Source: Auanema rhodensis (taxonomy: Eukaryota; Animalia; Nematoda). From it: a DNA stretch of 64,000 nt. The position numbers were made by a program, and so were the translations under genes. Numbering within the stretch: the first letter of the stretch is position 1; each line of letters begins with the position of its first letter. Positions 1 through 13,850 of the stretch are shown here, one piece after another. The stretch spans positions 16,802,001 through 16,866,000 of the forward strand of contig OZ059897.1 in NCBI GenBank assembly GCA_964057225.1. The letters run 5' to 3'. Under the pieces are notes generated by a model, which made no database searches, was not told the DNA's origin, and was given only the letters and a program-made list of their open reading frames with translations.

Positions 1-3000
1 AATAAAAATCGTTAGGCCATTTAATTTTTATCGGGAAATCCTGCAAAGAAAATGTTTTATAAAAACATAAGCTATTCAATTTTACTTCATGTCCACTTAG
101 CGTGCAAACAGCGTCAACTATTGAAACAGCAAAAATATGCTGAATAAAAGTTGGATTTTTAGCTAATGAGCAGCCTTTAGTTATAACAACAGAGCATGTA
201 AACATGGCTGCACCTGCCGGAGATATAAACTCATTCCCTCCACGTCCTGTAAGGAAAGTTAAACATATATTTTCAAGTGTATCTTACCTTTTCCAGATAT
301 TTGCTGAGATGCTACAACAACCCAATTATCACAAGATGGAATTCCATCACATAAGCTATAAAAGAAATGTCATATTACAAAAAATACGAATTCAAACTAT
401 CTAACCTTGAGCACACATTCATTGTGGTAGTTGCTACAGGAACATGAAGACATACATGCCCCAATTTAACTGTAGTTAATTTGTCAAAGAAAGATTTAAA
501 ATTGAATGATGTTTCCATATTGTCTCTGAATCATGTAAAAAATAATAAATTACAAGAAGAAATATCTTACATATCACCAACTTCAATTGGTAGCAAATCT
601 TCGTTGGCTTCCGGAAGCCCATTTTGTCTAAACTTTTCCGATGTTCGTAAAAATAGCTTGGGGTTGCAACCTATTTCCTCCCCATATCGCACACCCTATC
701 AGAAATAATTTTTATTTGTAAAGAATGAACTCATTACCATCATATTTTTGATGATATTTTCATCTCTAGAAGCCATATATCCACGTGTTAAAGCAGGAAC
801 TTCAGTTTCCATTATATTAACTCCAATTCTTGATAAGGATTCAGAAAGAATTTTGTTGCCTGAATAATTCATAAAAATTCAAAAACGATATTAAAAACGG
901 AACCTGGAGCTAAAAGCTGTTCAGAAGTTGCATCAGAAAAAACAGCTGCAGCTTGATGAGCACTGTTTTGCATATATAAAAATAATGGTGTATCTAAAAA
1001 TTATGTTAAAAGTCTGGAGTGGAAATTTGTAAACCTTGAGTTTTAGAAAGAACAACTGAGTAGCTCAAACCACCAATCAAATCTTTGGAATGAAATTTTT
1101 CATTAACCTATAAAGAACTGAATAATGCCAGATGTGCTAAGTAATACAATTACATGTCCGTGTTTTGTCAAGCTTTTCAACGACTTTTTAAGAAACTGCT
1201 CAAATTCTTTTCCCATCGATGAATCACGTGACCCAAAAGCCATTCTCAATATATCAGCCTGAAGTATAAATAATTCCGTTAGTACATAACTTAAATAATT
1301 TTTTACTTGTTTTTTAGAAGATTCACACTCAGTTAAACTGGCCAGTAGTCTATTCTGACATACAAATATTATTTTTCCTGCCTAAAAAGTGAAATATAGA
1401 AATATAGTTCAAGTTCAATTTAACAACTTGATTGAAATATATTTGCATTTTTGCCCAAGCAGCATCATCTAAGTTTTTAGTATCAGCAATAACCAAACAT
1501 GAAGTTGTTGGTTCAATCCATGGCTGTTTTTTGATGGCTTCTGCACTTATATTAAAAACTGTATACTTATTTGCAGGAAGAATCCTGGTCAAGTTATTAC
1601 GGATACGTCGGAAAAGATCTTCTTGTTGTCCTGTATAAACAAGAATCTAAAACACAGGTTGATATTTCAAAAAATTACGAAGCAATCCAATAAAAACATA
1701 CGGATGGTGGCTTATACATGGCTTTGTCAGAAGGCGTTTTGGAAGAAAGAAAATTTCGAGTAGGCGTATAAGGACGACGGAATGAATGCCTTTCGAAGAG
1801 GATATCTGAAAGGACAAATCAAATTAATTCTATTTCCTTAGAATATATTAATCAATTTTGATGTATACTACAACTCACATAGTTTTAAATTTCTAAAATT
1901 ATATAAAGAAATCATTAACGTGGCTTTTGAGTATGAAACATTAACAAAGTTTTTATCTATTAGCTTTAAAAAGGTTGTAAATATGTTACAAGTGTTTTTA
2001 GCGTTGTTAAAAAGAGTGCAAAATATAATAAGACATACTGAAGGCTTAAAGCAAAATATCTTTCTCTATTTCTCCAAACCATCATAGTTCGAAACAATGT
2101 TTTAATTTCGATATAAATTTAATCAGTCAAATACGAGCATAAGAATATAAATAAGCTCAATAAATATACTTATGCTATATATATTGTAAGAAAAAATTAT
2201 TTACCTGAAGACCTTCCACTGATTGACCTTCTATGATAGTAATCATGATGTATAGGACTCAAAGATCGGTATCGCCCGGCTGAAAACAAATCGAAATGGT
2301 TTTTTTCATTTCAAGTTTTTTTTCAGGATTTATTTAGAATCGCACATGTGAACATATTCATATATGCATGGTTTCTAGACACAAGAGATAAGGCAAGAAT
2401 AGGCTTATGGAAAAAAAACTTTACTTACAATGTTCTTCATCGGATTCTAGATAGAGAGATGTGGTTCCTGGCATTGCTGAGTGCCGACGTCGATTTATTT
2501 CGTTGGTAGGACGAGCCATTGTCTAATAATAGAAAATATAATTTTTAGTTTATTTTTGAGAAATAATTTCATCAAAGTGCGGGAATATTTATACGAGGAA
2601 AATGGATTTTTTGTGTAGTTATGAGATAGAATATTAAAGTTGTGCTCAATAGACATTGAAAGAAGTTGCAGCATTTACATGTAAATGTTCAATCTAGGAA
2701 GTAATTCATCTATATTGATGACGAATGAACAGAGTTGAAACATAATTGTTTTTCTTCTTTATTCAGTTTAGAACCACAAAAGAAGCATATAAGGAACTAG
2801 ATTAAAAGGAAAAAGTTATGCTGCCAGCTGATTGATTATCACTTGACGTGAGAATATATGTAAGCATAACAAATGAATTGCTCCAAAATATATAATTGAA
2901 ATGTGAGGTAATATTCAAAGAAGAAAAGGTTTACCGAGTTAATAGACATTTTTGGAATTCGTCGAGTTTGTCCAACATAAGAAGATGGTCCAGAAGAAAG

Positions 3001-6000
3001 ACGATTTTCCTCAATAGAAGGACGCATGTGCCCATTATTTTGTATTATTTCTTCATTACTAATATTATTAGATTCATTATTATTCTCGAAAGAATTGCTG
3101 GTATTCATTTGGTGATTAAGCATTATATGTATTGACTTATTTATATCTATAATACGTATTTAAATTTCACATTTTATAATTATTTAGAATACCTTGATCT
3201 GATAACTTTTGGATTAATTTTTCGCCATTGTCACTAATGCTTATCGAGACTTCGCCTTTTGGTTGAACAAACTCTTCAAGTAAGGTTTCATTGGTTACAA
3301 TTGTCACACATTCATCCGTAGTTTTTCTGGTATCTCTTGACGACCAGGGATTTTCATTTCGGTGAACAACGGAAGCTAAAATTTCAAAAGAATAAAAATA
3401 AGTAATAAATTGATCACACAAATTAAATCATCATATACAAGTAAAAAACAAACCGTAGGAAGATTTTTCTATTGTTGATTGAGGAGATGTTAATGCAGAA
3501 TCGTCAACAAAAGGAATATCCATTTCTTCGTCACTGCGATAGCTATAACTAGAAGATAAAATCCCGGATGTAGGCTCGAACCAACCCGCTTCGCTGATCT
3601 AATTCCTCAATTGTTATTGAAGGTGAAACTCCACTACTCGATGGCAAACTCATATTTTCTGTGGCAGATTTGCTTAAATGAAGCTCAAGTTAGTAATAGC
3701 AACATTTCATATATTAAATTTACCTTGTTAACGAAAGTGTTCTTTCACGGTTATCAATGTCACGAAGATAGGGTGGTAGCTGATTATTATCAAAAAAATT
3801 CAAAGAATGCTCTGCTAAATCTCCGAACAATGTGATTGTAGCTTTTCTTGGTGTTGAAGCTAGGGAAGATGAGCTATAGTTACAAGAACGATGGCGCCGA
3901 CGAGGAGATATATGCAATTGCCTAAACTTTGATGCCGTCATAAACGTGCTCAATGAAAATTTTAATTCAATAAGAGTTCAGTCTCTCTTTGATCAAGCAT
4001 AATTAGAACAAACGCAGAAAGAAATTTAAAGGCATGTTGACGTGAAATTTTCACGTGACACTATAAAAAATCTTTTCAATTGGATAATATGAATTTCCAG
4101 GAACGGTTGCTGTTTTCTGGCTTTAAAAAAACCCGCATTAAACTTGTATGGCAGTTATAATGTGAAATAATTTGAATTTACGAGGAATAAGAAAAATTGC
4201 TAACATAACCATATCAGAAATATTTTAACCGACACATATTTTATGATATAGTAGATTTTATATTACTGCAAATGAATAAAATTATTTTTAATTTCTCGCA
4301 AATTTGTCTTTCGTTAAAGTAAATTTGTAATATGACTAAATAGTAAAGAAAAATCAAAGAGCAATAGTTCACAACATTGTTTAATATATAATTGGAGATA
4401 AAGCTAGAGAATACATTCGAGTGAGTGTTCAGAAATCATGGAAAAGCTTAAAGTGCTCGTGTGTCAAGCCAAGGGAAATTTAATTAGCTTTAGGAAAATT
4501 TTTCCGCTGACCGGATACATTTTTTTGGTAACTAAAATTATTTAAATGTAATATTGGAAAAAATTTCAGAGAGGTATACAAAATCGATTCGAAAGATTAA
4601 TTTCCGTGGAAACGAAGTAAACCGAAGATTTGATATAAGATATAATAAGACTATGAGAGTAAGAATATTAAAATAAAGAGAGAATCAGAATATTAGCAAG
4701 TATTGAACCAAGCGTAGAAAAACAGAAATTCTCAGTATATTTTTAGAAAACTATCGGCAAAATATTAAAAAAATGAATGAATGATAGCGTGAAAAAACGA
4801 AAGCAGCACGAAGCTAGAAGATGATAGTCGCCATTCAATACAATGAAAAAGGAAGAGAGGAGAGCGCGAAGCAACAACATATAATAGATATACCTCGCTA
4901 ATGAGCCAAACGATCCGGCTCCAAGGGTTTGCTCGCTGACAAATCTTTTTTTAACTGACATTAAAGAACTGCTGTCTCCCCAAAATAATTGCTCCAGTAA
5001 TGGTAATGCTTTCTATGGATCGTTAATTGTTACTTTAAACATCAAAAAGTGAATAAAACCTTGGTAATATTTGAAGATGGACTTATACCCGCTGGCTCGG
5101 GAATACATGCTAGAGAAATAGCTAAAAATTAAAAATGGATAAAAATAATAGTATAGCAAAAATTATAATTTAAAAACCTGTCAAACTTACTTTGGAGAGA
5201 TTCAATCAAAGACTGCCTGTTATTTTCATAGAGACAACCTTCAGAAAATGCGTAAACTACATCTACAAATCTAAATAAATAGATTTTAAGTCAAAAATAT
5301 TTCATTAAATCAATAAAAAAAAAGAATATTTTAGGTAAATTGAAACAGATTGATCGTTTCTTTAAAAAATTGAATTACCTTTCTATTGTACAAACATATA
5401 TAGATGTTGGCTGTAAGCGATTCCAAGCTATGCGCTCGCAACTTGATTGTAGCTTAACATGAATTTAATTTTTTTGACTATTTTATGAACTTACAAAAAG
5501 AGTGCATGTTGGTAACTCGGTATCTCTATCGTTCTGTGATAATCGCTTAGGAAAAACCATAAAATAAACTGTTTGTTCTTCTGAGTGACAAAAAGATGAT
5601 GATGGTACGAATCGCCAATCAGTAAGTGTTAGTGGCTAAAAAAAATCTTATTTATCAGTAGTAAAACAATTTATTTTACTTGAGCTTGTTCAATTGACAC
5701 TTGTGCGTTCTCATTTCGGTATAAAACTTTGTGAGAATTTAACTGTGGTTCGCTTGTGTAGCGTACCAATCTAGCACTTAAGTTTGAATCCACACTTGTT
5801 AAATCTCCAGTAGTATCACTAAAGATGAATGCTACATGCTTCGGTTTTAATTCATTTTTTAAAAATATAAAATAATGTTCTTACGTAGTTCGGGTACATA
5901 ATAAAACACTGGTTTTAGCTAGATCACTGGACAGGAAACGATCTAGGAAGGAAGCAAGTCTTTTTCGACGAGCTAATTCAACCACAGAAGACACTAATGA

Positions 6001-6018
6001 CCATACAAGTACTATCAT
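1..6018 (-). CDS. bpl-1: Biotin protein ligase / holocarboxylase synthetase, multi-exon, 3' end outside window
   Basis: Minus-strand exons give MIVLVWSLVSSVVELARRKRL (ATG 6018), a long Ser/Arg/Asn-rich region, KPPSILVYTG, the biotin-binding motif GKGRGGNEFISPAGAAMF (~200-295) and IKIKWPND (~10-35). Exon phases are consistent where checked. Confidence 0.92.
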
Positions 6019-6882
6019 TCTACATTCCTAGTTGCCCAGGCCTTTATTCATGTTTTCCCCCAATGGTTATCCAGTGGTTATAGCCTTTTGGCTCTACAAA
6101 ATCGAAGAAAATGTGAAAAGACTGCACATGTATATGTCAAAATACAAACAAAGTCATGGACACAAACAAATATGAAATGTAAAATAGTTATATGAAATAC
6201 TAAAATTTCATACATATTTTTAAATAAATGAAAATAAATATACATGATAATTCTTTAAAATAATAATATTAGTTGCTATGAAACGTTAAGAAAGATCTCA
6301 ATCATACAGCAAGCTGCCATGTTTCATACAGATTTCGTAATTACGGCTGACCAAACAAATTACATAAATTGACAAAAAAATTAATTCACAATATTTCAAA
6401 AATATTTCAGAAATATTATTAGAAAATAAATGTTTTGATCGGAGAACCAAAAAAAAGCAGTTTTTATGTTATAGAAAAGAAATTAGTTCATTATTTATAT
6501 GAAGAAACTAGTAAAAAATGAATAATACAAAAAAATATATTTTCATTTAAATAAAAAATTAAATAAAACCAGCGGATGCCAAAGCTTTAATCGTTCCTAT
6601 TAATTTTTGTTTAGAACGCCTACGACTTTCCACTATTCAGAAACGGCAAGCCAGAAATCGATAGAAGCTAGGCTGAAAGTATGGGCACTGGTGGTGCTGG
6701 GGAACTACCGATGTTGATGGCCATCACTATATATAGAGGTTGATGAATTCAAAACCTCATCTCTGCTATTTACTTATTTATAAACAATCTAGATGCAAGC
6801 GTTTATAATTGAAATCAACAGTAAAATATCAACAAGTAACAATTTTCAAACTCAACAAATTAGGTTAATTCTTCTCATCGTT

Positions 6883-9800
6883 CTAGGCGACAGATTTAAC
6901 AATGGCTTTTCTTTCTTTTTTCGATTTTTTCTTATTTTGATTCTTAAAATTGAACTTCATTAAATAGTAAGTTAATATATATCATACCACGCTAATATCA
7001 ACAAACAATTTCATGTCTTGTGATTCCTCAATTTCCAATTTCAACAGCTCTAATGCAGCTAAATTGAATCCAGTAATATCCTGAAAATTATTATTTTACG
7101 TATATGTTTCAATGAGTCAAATCTACTCTTATATCTAAGATTCCTTTTGGCATTTCTTGTCTCAGCGTCTCAATAATACTGAGCATATCCACAGAGTTGA
7201 CAACGTGACTGTGGTGAATTCTTAAGAACAAATAACATTATTGAAAACAGAAAATATATACCTAATCAAAAAAATAGCTATGCGTGAGCATAACTCAATT
7301 TTATAATGTTTGCTAACACAATATGATAAACTTTTCAAAATGTCAGGAATATAACTCAAAGGAACCATTAGTAGAGATCTTTCCAAATTACTAAAAAAAG
7401 AATATTTCTGTTAACGTTCAAAATTGTGATGAAAATATACCTTGGTCGACATTTGGATATGATATCAACTAAGAAATGATCCAACGATTTGCTATTGTAA
7501 CTATCAACAAGAGGATGAACCTTGTGCTAAAACAGAATAATTATATTTCATTTCTTCAACTATTAAACCTCTGGGTTATGTTCCCTTTGTATTTTCTCAT
7601 TCCGCACGATGTCCACTGCTTCAATTATATTTTCAGTCTTAATAGAAAATCGATCACACCAGGTCTCCTAAGAACATAAAATACCGAAATTACACTTTGA
7701 GCATTTTTGGCTCCTGCCAAGCCTGCTTCAGCCTCATTGTTCTCCCCAGGAACAACATCATCCTCATTAATCAATTTCTCTTCATATTCCTTTTCTCTGT
7801 AAGAATATGTTTTTATTTAATCAAGAGCAAAACAAACCTCTCCATTTCTTCTTCCTCCTCTAATACAATTATTTCCTCAGTTAACTCCCAACAGCGAATT
7901 GATTTATCATGAGCAGCAGAGAACTAATAAAGGTTAATATTGTAAATATATAGTTAATATTCTAACCAAAAGACTTCCAGTTTCAGACTGAGCCAAAGCT
8001 CTGACTTCCCCTTGGTGACGATCAAGACACTTTAAAATGAAAAATTAGAATAACAGAAGAAGCATGCAATAAACCTGAACACGAAGCTGCTTAACAGCAT
8101 CCCATTGCTTGATTTTACCATCTTTACCAGCAGACCATACTAGAACTTCTTCGGAAGGTGAAAACAAAACAGCAGATACACTAAATTCACGATCAAATGC
8201 AAGGACAAATAAATAGTATAACTCACACATCGTCATGAGCATGGAAAGATTTATGGCAATCTCCAAAATCCAAACCCCAAATCTTAATGCTTTTATCAGC
8301 GGAGCCTGTGACAACAAGTTTGCTGTTCTATAGAAATAAAGTATTATGGTTGAATAATAAAAAAAAGGTCTTACGGGACTAACTGTGACGCATGTAACTG
8401 GGAGAGAATGACCATATAAAGAAACGAAGAATTTTAAAGTATCCAAGAAATAAACTCCAGCAGTATTATCAAGTAAACCAACAATTAGGAACTGAAAATA
8501 AAATTAGAAACAAAACATAAGAAAATAATACCTTTCCATCAGGGGAAATAGTACAGCAAAGGGCCTCATCAGCTACTTCAAGCACTCTTCTTTCTCTTAT
8601 TGATAACCGCTTTCTTGTTCCCTCCGAAACGAGCTCATAACTCCAAAACTTTATTTTCTTATCTGATGACGCAGTGACAAATCCCTAAATTACTCAGTTC
8701 GAAAGTTGGTCAGAGCAATTATTGATACTTTCTTATCTGGTAACGGCACAATACTCCAAATAGCTCCTTCATGTTCTTTCTTAGTCTCCAGAAGTTCACA
8801 ACTACTCAACTCCCAAACGAATAAAGTTCCATTCTAAAAATATACTAAGCATTGTATTTGAAGATATATATATATAATACTTTGGTACCAGCAATAATAT
8901 GTCCATCACCTGTTGCGAATAAAACTGATGTAATATCCTGCATAGCCTCATCTTTTAAAGAAGCAATTGGACGAAGCGAATGAGTATTCCACACGATTAA
9001 CTGTGAAAATATAACTCTAATATTTCTTAAAATATCACGAAATACCTCATTTCCACCTCCCGAAACCAGACCATTACTGGTTGATGTAACAGACAGACTA
9101 CGAACATCCTCACGATGACCGAGCTGAAAACAATTTCTTATAAGGAATCATGAAGAATATAAATTTGTGTACCTTCTCCAAACCATACAAAACTTCAGTT
9201 GAAACAGCGTTCGACGATGTGTCACAGGTAAATTTCAAAGTTTGGATGTTATTATTAAATATAAGTGCATATGCCTACAATTAACAGATTTAAAAAACCT
9301 TCTCAAATATAGCATACCAGGTATTCGATTGTGTTTCCTTCTTCCTTAGCAATCTTTGGAGCGAAATCAATCCATTTGATTTTAACATCACTACGATAAT
9401 CCCCTACACGGGTAATAAGGATAGTTACATCTTTTCTTACATCACTTTCATTTATAGCGTTGTCCGTACTTAATATTCACTATACAGCGGCAATTACTAT
9501 AATAATCTACCTAGCTTTTCTCTTTGCTGAGCTAATTTTTTTAGCGAGCCGCTTCTGTGATTCTTCTTCAGAAAACACGCGATAAACATCAGCTAACTTA
9601 TCAGACCCCTACGAAATAAAATCATATTAGCAAAAGCTATCGCACTAAATTTAAAATTTAAGAACATAAAAATTGAAAAAAAAAATCAAGCATTCTTCAT
9701 GCCAGCAAACGTGAAAAAAAAGAATTCACAGCTGATTAAAAATATAATGGACAACAGAGACAAAAATTTCAAAATGAAAGAAACTTACTAAGCATACAAG

Positions 9801-10902
9801 ATAGCGACTATCAGGACTTAAAGATATTTGTAAAGCTCTTCCCTTACATTGACGAAGTAATTTTCCTTTCAAAGCAACTTTTACATATTTCTGGAAATTA
9901 AATAATTCGAATAACAATTTAAAACTGCAATTACGTTTTCCATATCATCAGCTGCTTCCTCTTCTTGAACGTCTAATAGAGATTTTTTCTTAGCAGGGTA
10001 TTCTTCTTTTATTTCTTCTTCTTCTTGATCTAACCAATTAACTTGGAACACTAGTAATTCTAACTCTGTTGACGCAACAACTAGCAACTTATCATCATTT
10101 AACAAAGCAAAAGAATAAATCTGAAAAGGCACATAAACGATAGAATCAAAATTTTCACAAACTTCAGAATGACTATCCAAGAGAGTATAAAAGCAAGACT
10201 GACTGGCCAAACACCAGAACTTCACAAAAGAATCCTTTGAGCTAAACAAAAAGAAGTTAAATATTCTTTAAAAATAATAAGCAACTCACGAAGAAATAAT
10301 GAATTTATCGTTCTTTGAGAACTGTAGTTGTGTGATAGATTCCTTGTGTCCATTGAGCCGATACATTCCACTTTCAGAAACAATATCCCAGAGAATAATA
10401 GTGCAATCCTATTTTTAAAATAATATATTAATTACAAAAGAATATTTACTTTTCCTCCCGATGCTAATGTGAGACCATCATTACTAAAAGCTAAACAATT
10501 AACTCCTTTTTTGTGGCCAGAAAATATAGTTGTTTCGGCTCCTGCAAAAAATTTCATTAAAAGATATGAAAATTTTCCTTGAAACCTTCTGTTTCTCGGT
10601 CAAAAAGACAAATTGTTCCATCGGCATACCCTACAGCAAGCCAGCGTTTATCAGCACTAAACTTGAGGCAAGTAGTAGCTTTTGTGGTTTCAGAGATTTC
10701 GTACACCTAAGAAAACATAAAATAAAACGCATAAGACAAAACTAACTTTTTCTCCAGTTTTCATGTTGTAGAATGAAATATTCTCACAGGAAGTTACAGC
10801 GCAAGTTGTATTATCAACTGCAACTACAGCTCCATTGGTGGAGCCGATTGTTGAACACGAACCACTATGTTCATAACGCAAATAGTCTTTTGTTATTCCC
10901 AT
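6883..10902 (-). CDS. wdr-3: WD-repeat protein 3 / UTP12 (DIP2), SSU processome component
   Basis: Starts [16 protein letters not shown]; WD40 repeats such as SLYGHSLPV and [12 protein letters not shown]; C-terminus [19 protein letters not shown]...[12 protein letters not shown] with TAG at 6883-6885. Confidence 0.93.
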
Positions 10903-11072
10903 ACTTGAAATTTCAAAATTTTCAAAATTTATCCCAAATTATGCTAACAGGATGAAAGGGTTATAATTACCCGAAAAAATAATTTAAACAACATCTTATA
11001 TTAAAAAATTTATTATGGCAAATGAATAAATATATAAAACGTCTCTAAGTTATTTTCTTTCTACTATCTATT

Positions 11073-13850
11073 TTATTCTAATCGAAGAACTAAAGCAGTT
11101 CTGCATGGGATATATACACACAGATGATTGCTACGACCTGCATAGCCTTCCGGGAAGGTATGATAACGAGACTTTCCATCAACTCTTGAGTGCCCGCCGA
11201 ATTCAGCATCGTCGCTGTTAAGAGCGATGCTATATCTAATGTAAAAGTAATTAGAAAATGAAAAAAAAACTTAAGCTCACATTCCAGCTACCTCAACTCC
11301 AACTTTGTAATCAGCAAAACTCTGATTAGGATGAAAATTTAAAATGAAAAGAGCTCCTGCTCTTTCAAAGCATACCACCTTATCGGAATCATGTTTCCAG
11401 GATACGTAAGCCTTTAATATACAAAATAAATAAAAAATTACTATGTAGCTCTCACTGGGCCTTTGTGTAAAAATCCTGTTTCCTCCTCTAAGTTATTGAC
11501 TCTGCGATCCCAATTATTGAGGAATTTATACCTGAGTAGATCATCATCAACCAAATTGAATTGACGGCGGCAGTAGTGATAGGATTCATTATTTCCCTCT
11601 CTTGGAAAATCCAGCCACTCAGGGTGCCCAAATTCATTACCTAAACGATAAAGCTAACCAGTAAAATACAAAAAAAATTAGATATACCAATAAAATTGAG
11701 CCATGCTTCTCCTCCTAAACCAATAGTGATCAAACGGATCAACTTATGTAAAGATAATCCACGATCAATAACAGGTGTCATAGGTGACACAACTGACATA
11801 AAATCGTACATTTCTGAGAAATTGAAATAAAAAACTAATTTTTTTTAATTGAAAACTACCCTTATCCATTAACCAGAATGCCAATGTTTTATCTCCGACC
11901 AAAGCTTGGTCATGAGATTCCGCGTACACAACATGATTTTCACCATATCTGTAATATAAAATATAAACAATTAACAAAAAGGTAAAAAATACCTTCTATT
12001 TTCTAGCGTAAAAACGATATCACCAATCTTCCAGTTTTCATCCATTTGATGTTTCAAAAGTTTAATCCACATATCAGGAACAGCCATGGCCAATTTCATG
12101 TTGAAACCCTGACCACCTTCTTCTACTGGTCTACATAAGGCAGGCATACCTGACACCTCCTTAAATTGAAGAATAACTGGGAAAATATACAGAATATTAC
12201 CTCAGCAATAGTTATCACATTGGGAAATTTGCTATGAAGCATATCATTAGCCAACATCAAATAAACAAGGGCGTCAGTATCGGCATTAAGCCCGAAATAA
12301 TCACTATATCCTCCACAGAATCCATCATCTAATACAAAGAAATGAGCTCAATTCTGACATAAATTCATTACTGATTCCATGAGAGTGATAAATCATTGAA
12401 GTTACACCATCAAAGCGAAAACCATCGAACCCATATTCTTCAACCCACCAACGCAAATTGGATAAAAGAAACCTCAACGTTTCAATTCTAGAAGAATAGT
12501 ATACATAAATTTCGTACTTAAGGCAACGAACTGAGTATAGTCAAATAATCTGGAATCCCACAAGGAGTGATAGCCTCGTTCATTATCATGAAAATAGCAT
12601 CCTGGTGTTCCATCCCATTCGTTTAAACCATCAGCACAATTCTTGGAAGCATGAGAATGAACCTAATGTCAAGAAAAAAACAATAAAAACAATCGATATT
12701 CCCAAAAAAACACTTACAACATCTAAAAGCATGAATATTCCAAGAGAATGAGCCTTGTCGACCAAATATTTCAGATCATCAGGTGTTCCGAATCTGCTAG
12801 AAGACGCAAAGAAGCTGGTAATCTGGTATCCAAAAGAAGCATAATAAACATGCTCCATAACAGCCATTAATTGAACAGCATTATAACCTTAAATGCACAA
12901 TATTTCGCAAGTGATAGTATGAGAGGTACCTTGGTGTTTAATTCTAGGTAGCACATCATCTGCAAACGCTCTGTAAGTATTAACCTTTCCTTCGGGCGAG
13001 CTGATTCCTACATGAGCTTCATAAATTCGCATCGATTTGGGAGGACTAGGTTTGTGATGAACTTGTTGGTACCGAGTTGTCGGATTATAAAACTCCTGAA
13101 TAAGAATTTCCAATTCGCATATTCAATAAAACTATCACTAACTTGATGATAAATAACACTTTCCTTAGATCGGTTGACATAGCGTGCCCATGGACTTAAT
13201 TTTTCATGAGTAGTCTCATTTTTTGTAACGGCGATCTAAATTCAAAAGGTAACCATATAAAAGTGAATAGAACAAGGTTGCTAACTTTTAAACATGAGCC
13301 ATGTGCAATTGGACAGCTGCCATCGCTTGAAGCTGGAATATGAAGCGACCACTTCCCATGTTCCTCTTTAGTATACTTATGAGAATCACGGTTCCAATTA
13401 TCTTAATTAATATATTTTAGCATAACAAAAAAAAAATTATTAAGACTAGTTCAAGTGGTCGTCAAATTTAAATTTTGTTTAATCGTGCTAGGACCATTTT
13501 CAAACTTTTATTTACGATTTCTGCACTTCAAATATGAAAATTCAAAACTAAACTCACTAAAATCTCCAATTAGAGCCAACTGGTCTGCTCCGGGAGCCCA
13601 TTCAAAACATTTGATCGAATTATCAGATTGAACAATCATACCGTAATCGTTGTATGATTTCGTAAAGGCTTCCATTCCTCCGCACTACGTATAAGTTGTG
13701 CTATTGTATTATTGTATTTAAATTACTCACATCATCAATTCGCTTTTTGTATTCTTGGAAAACTTGATATCTTCGACGGATTTCCTGCTCAAAAGGCCTT
13801 AAGTATCCATCTAACTCAAAAAGTTTTTCAATTTGTGGTGGACTAGACAT
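11073..13850 (-). CDS. 1,4-alpha-glucan (glycogen) branching enzyme, GH13, GBE1 orthologue
   Basis: [20 protein letters not shown] after a TATTATAG acceptor; [65 protein letters not shown]; ends [14 protein letters not shown] with TAA at 11073-11075. Confidence 0.95.

Noticed and set aside
6600-6690. U3 snoRNA-like 5' end (ATACTTTCAG on the minus strand)
   Set aside because: Box A (GATCATTTCT) and boxes B/C/D are not recognisable; better explained as a TTTCAG splice acceptor.
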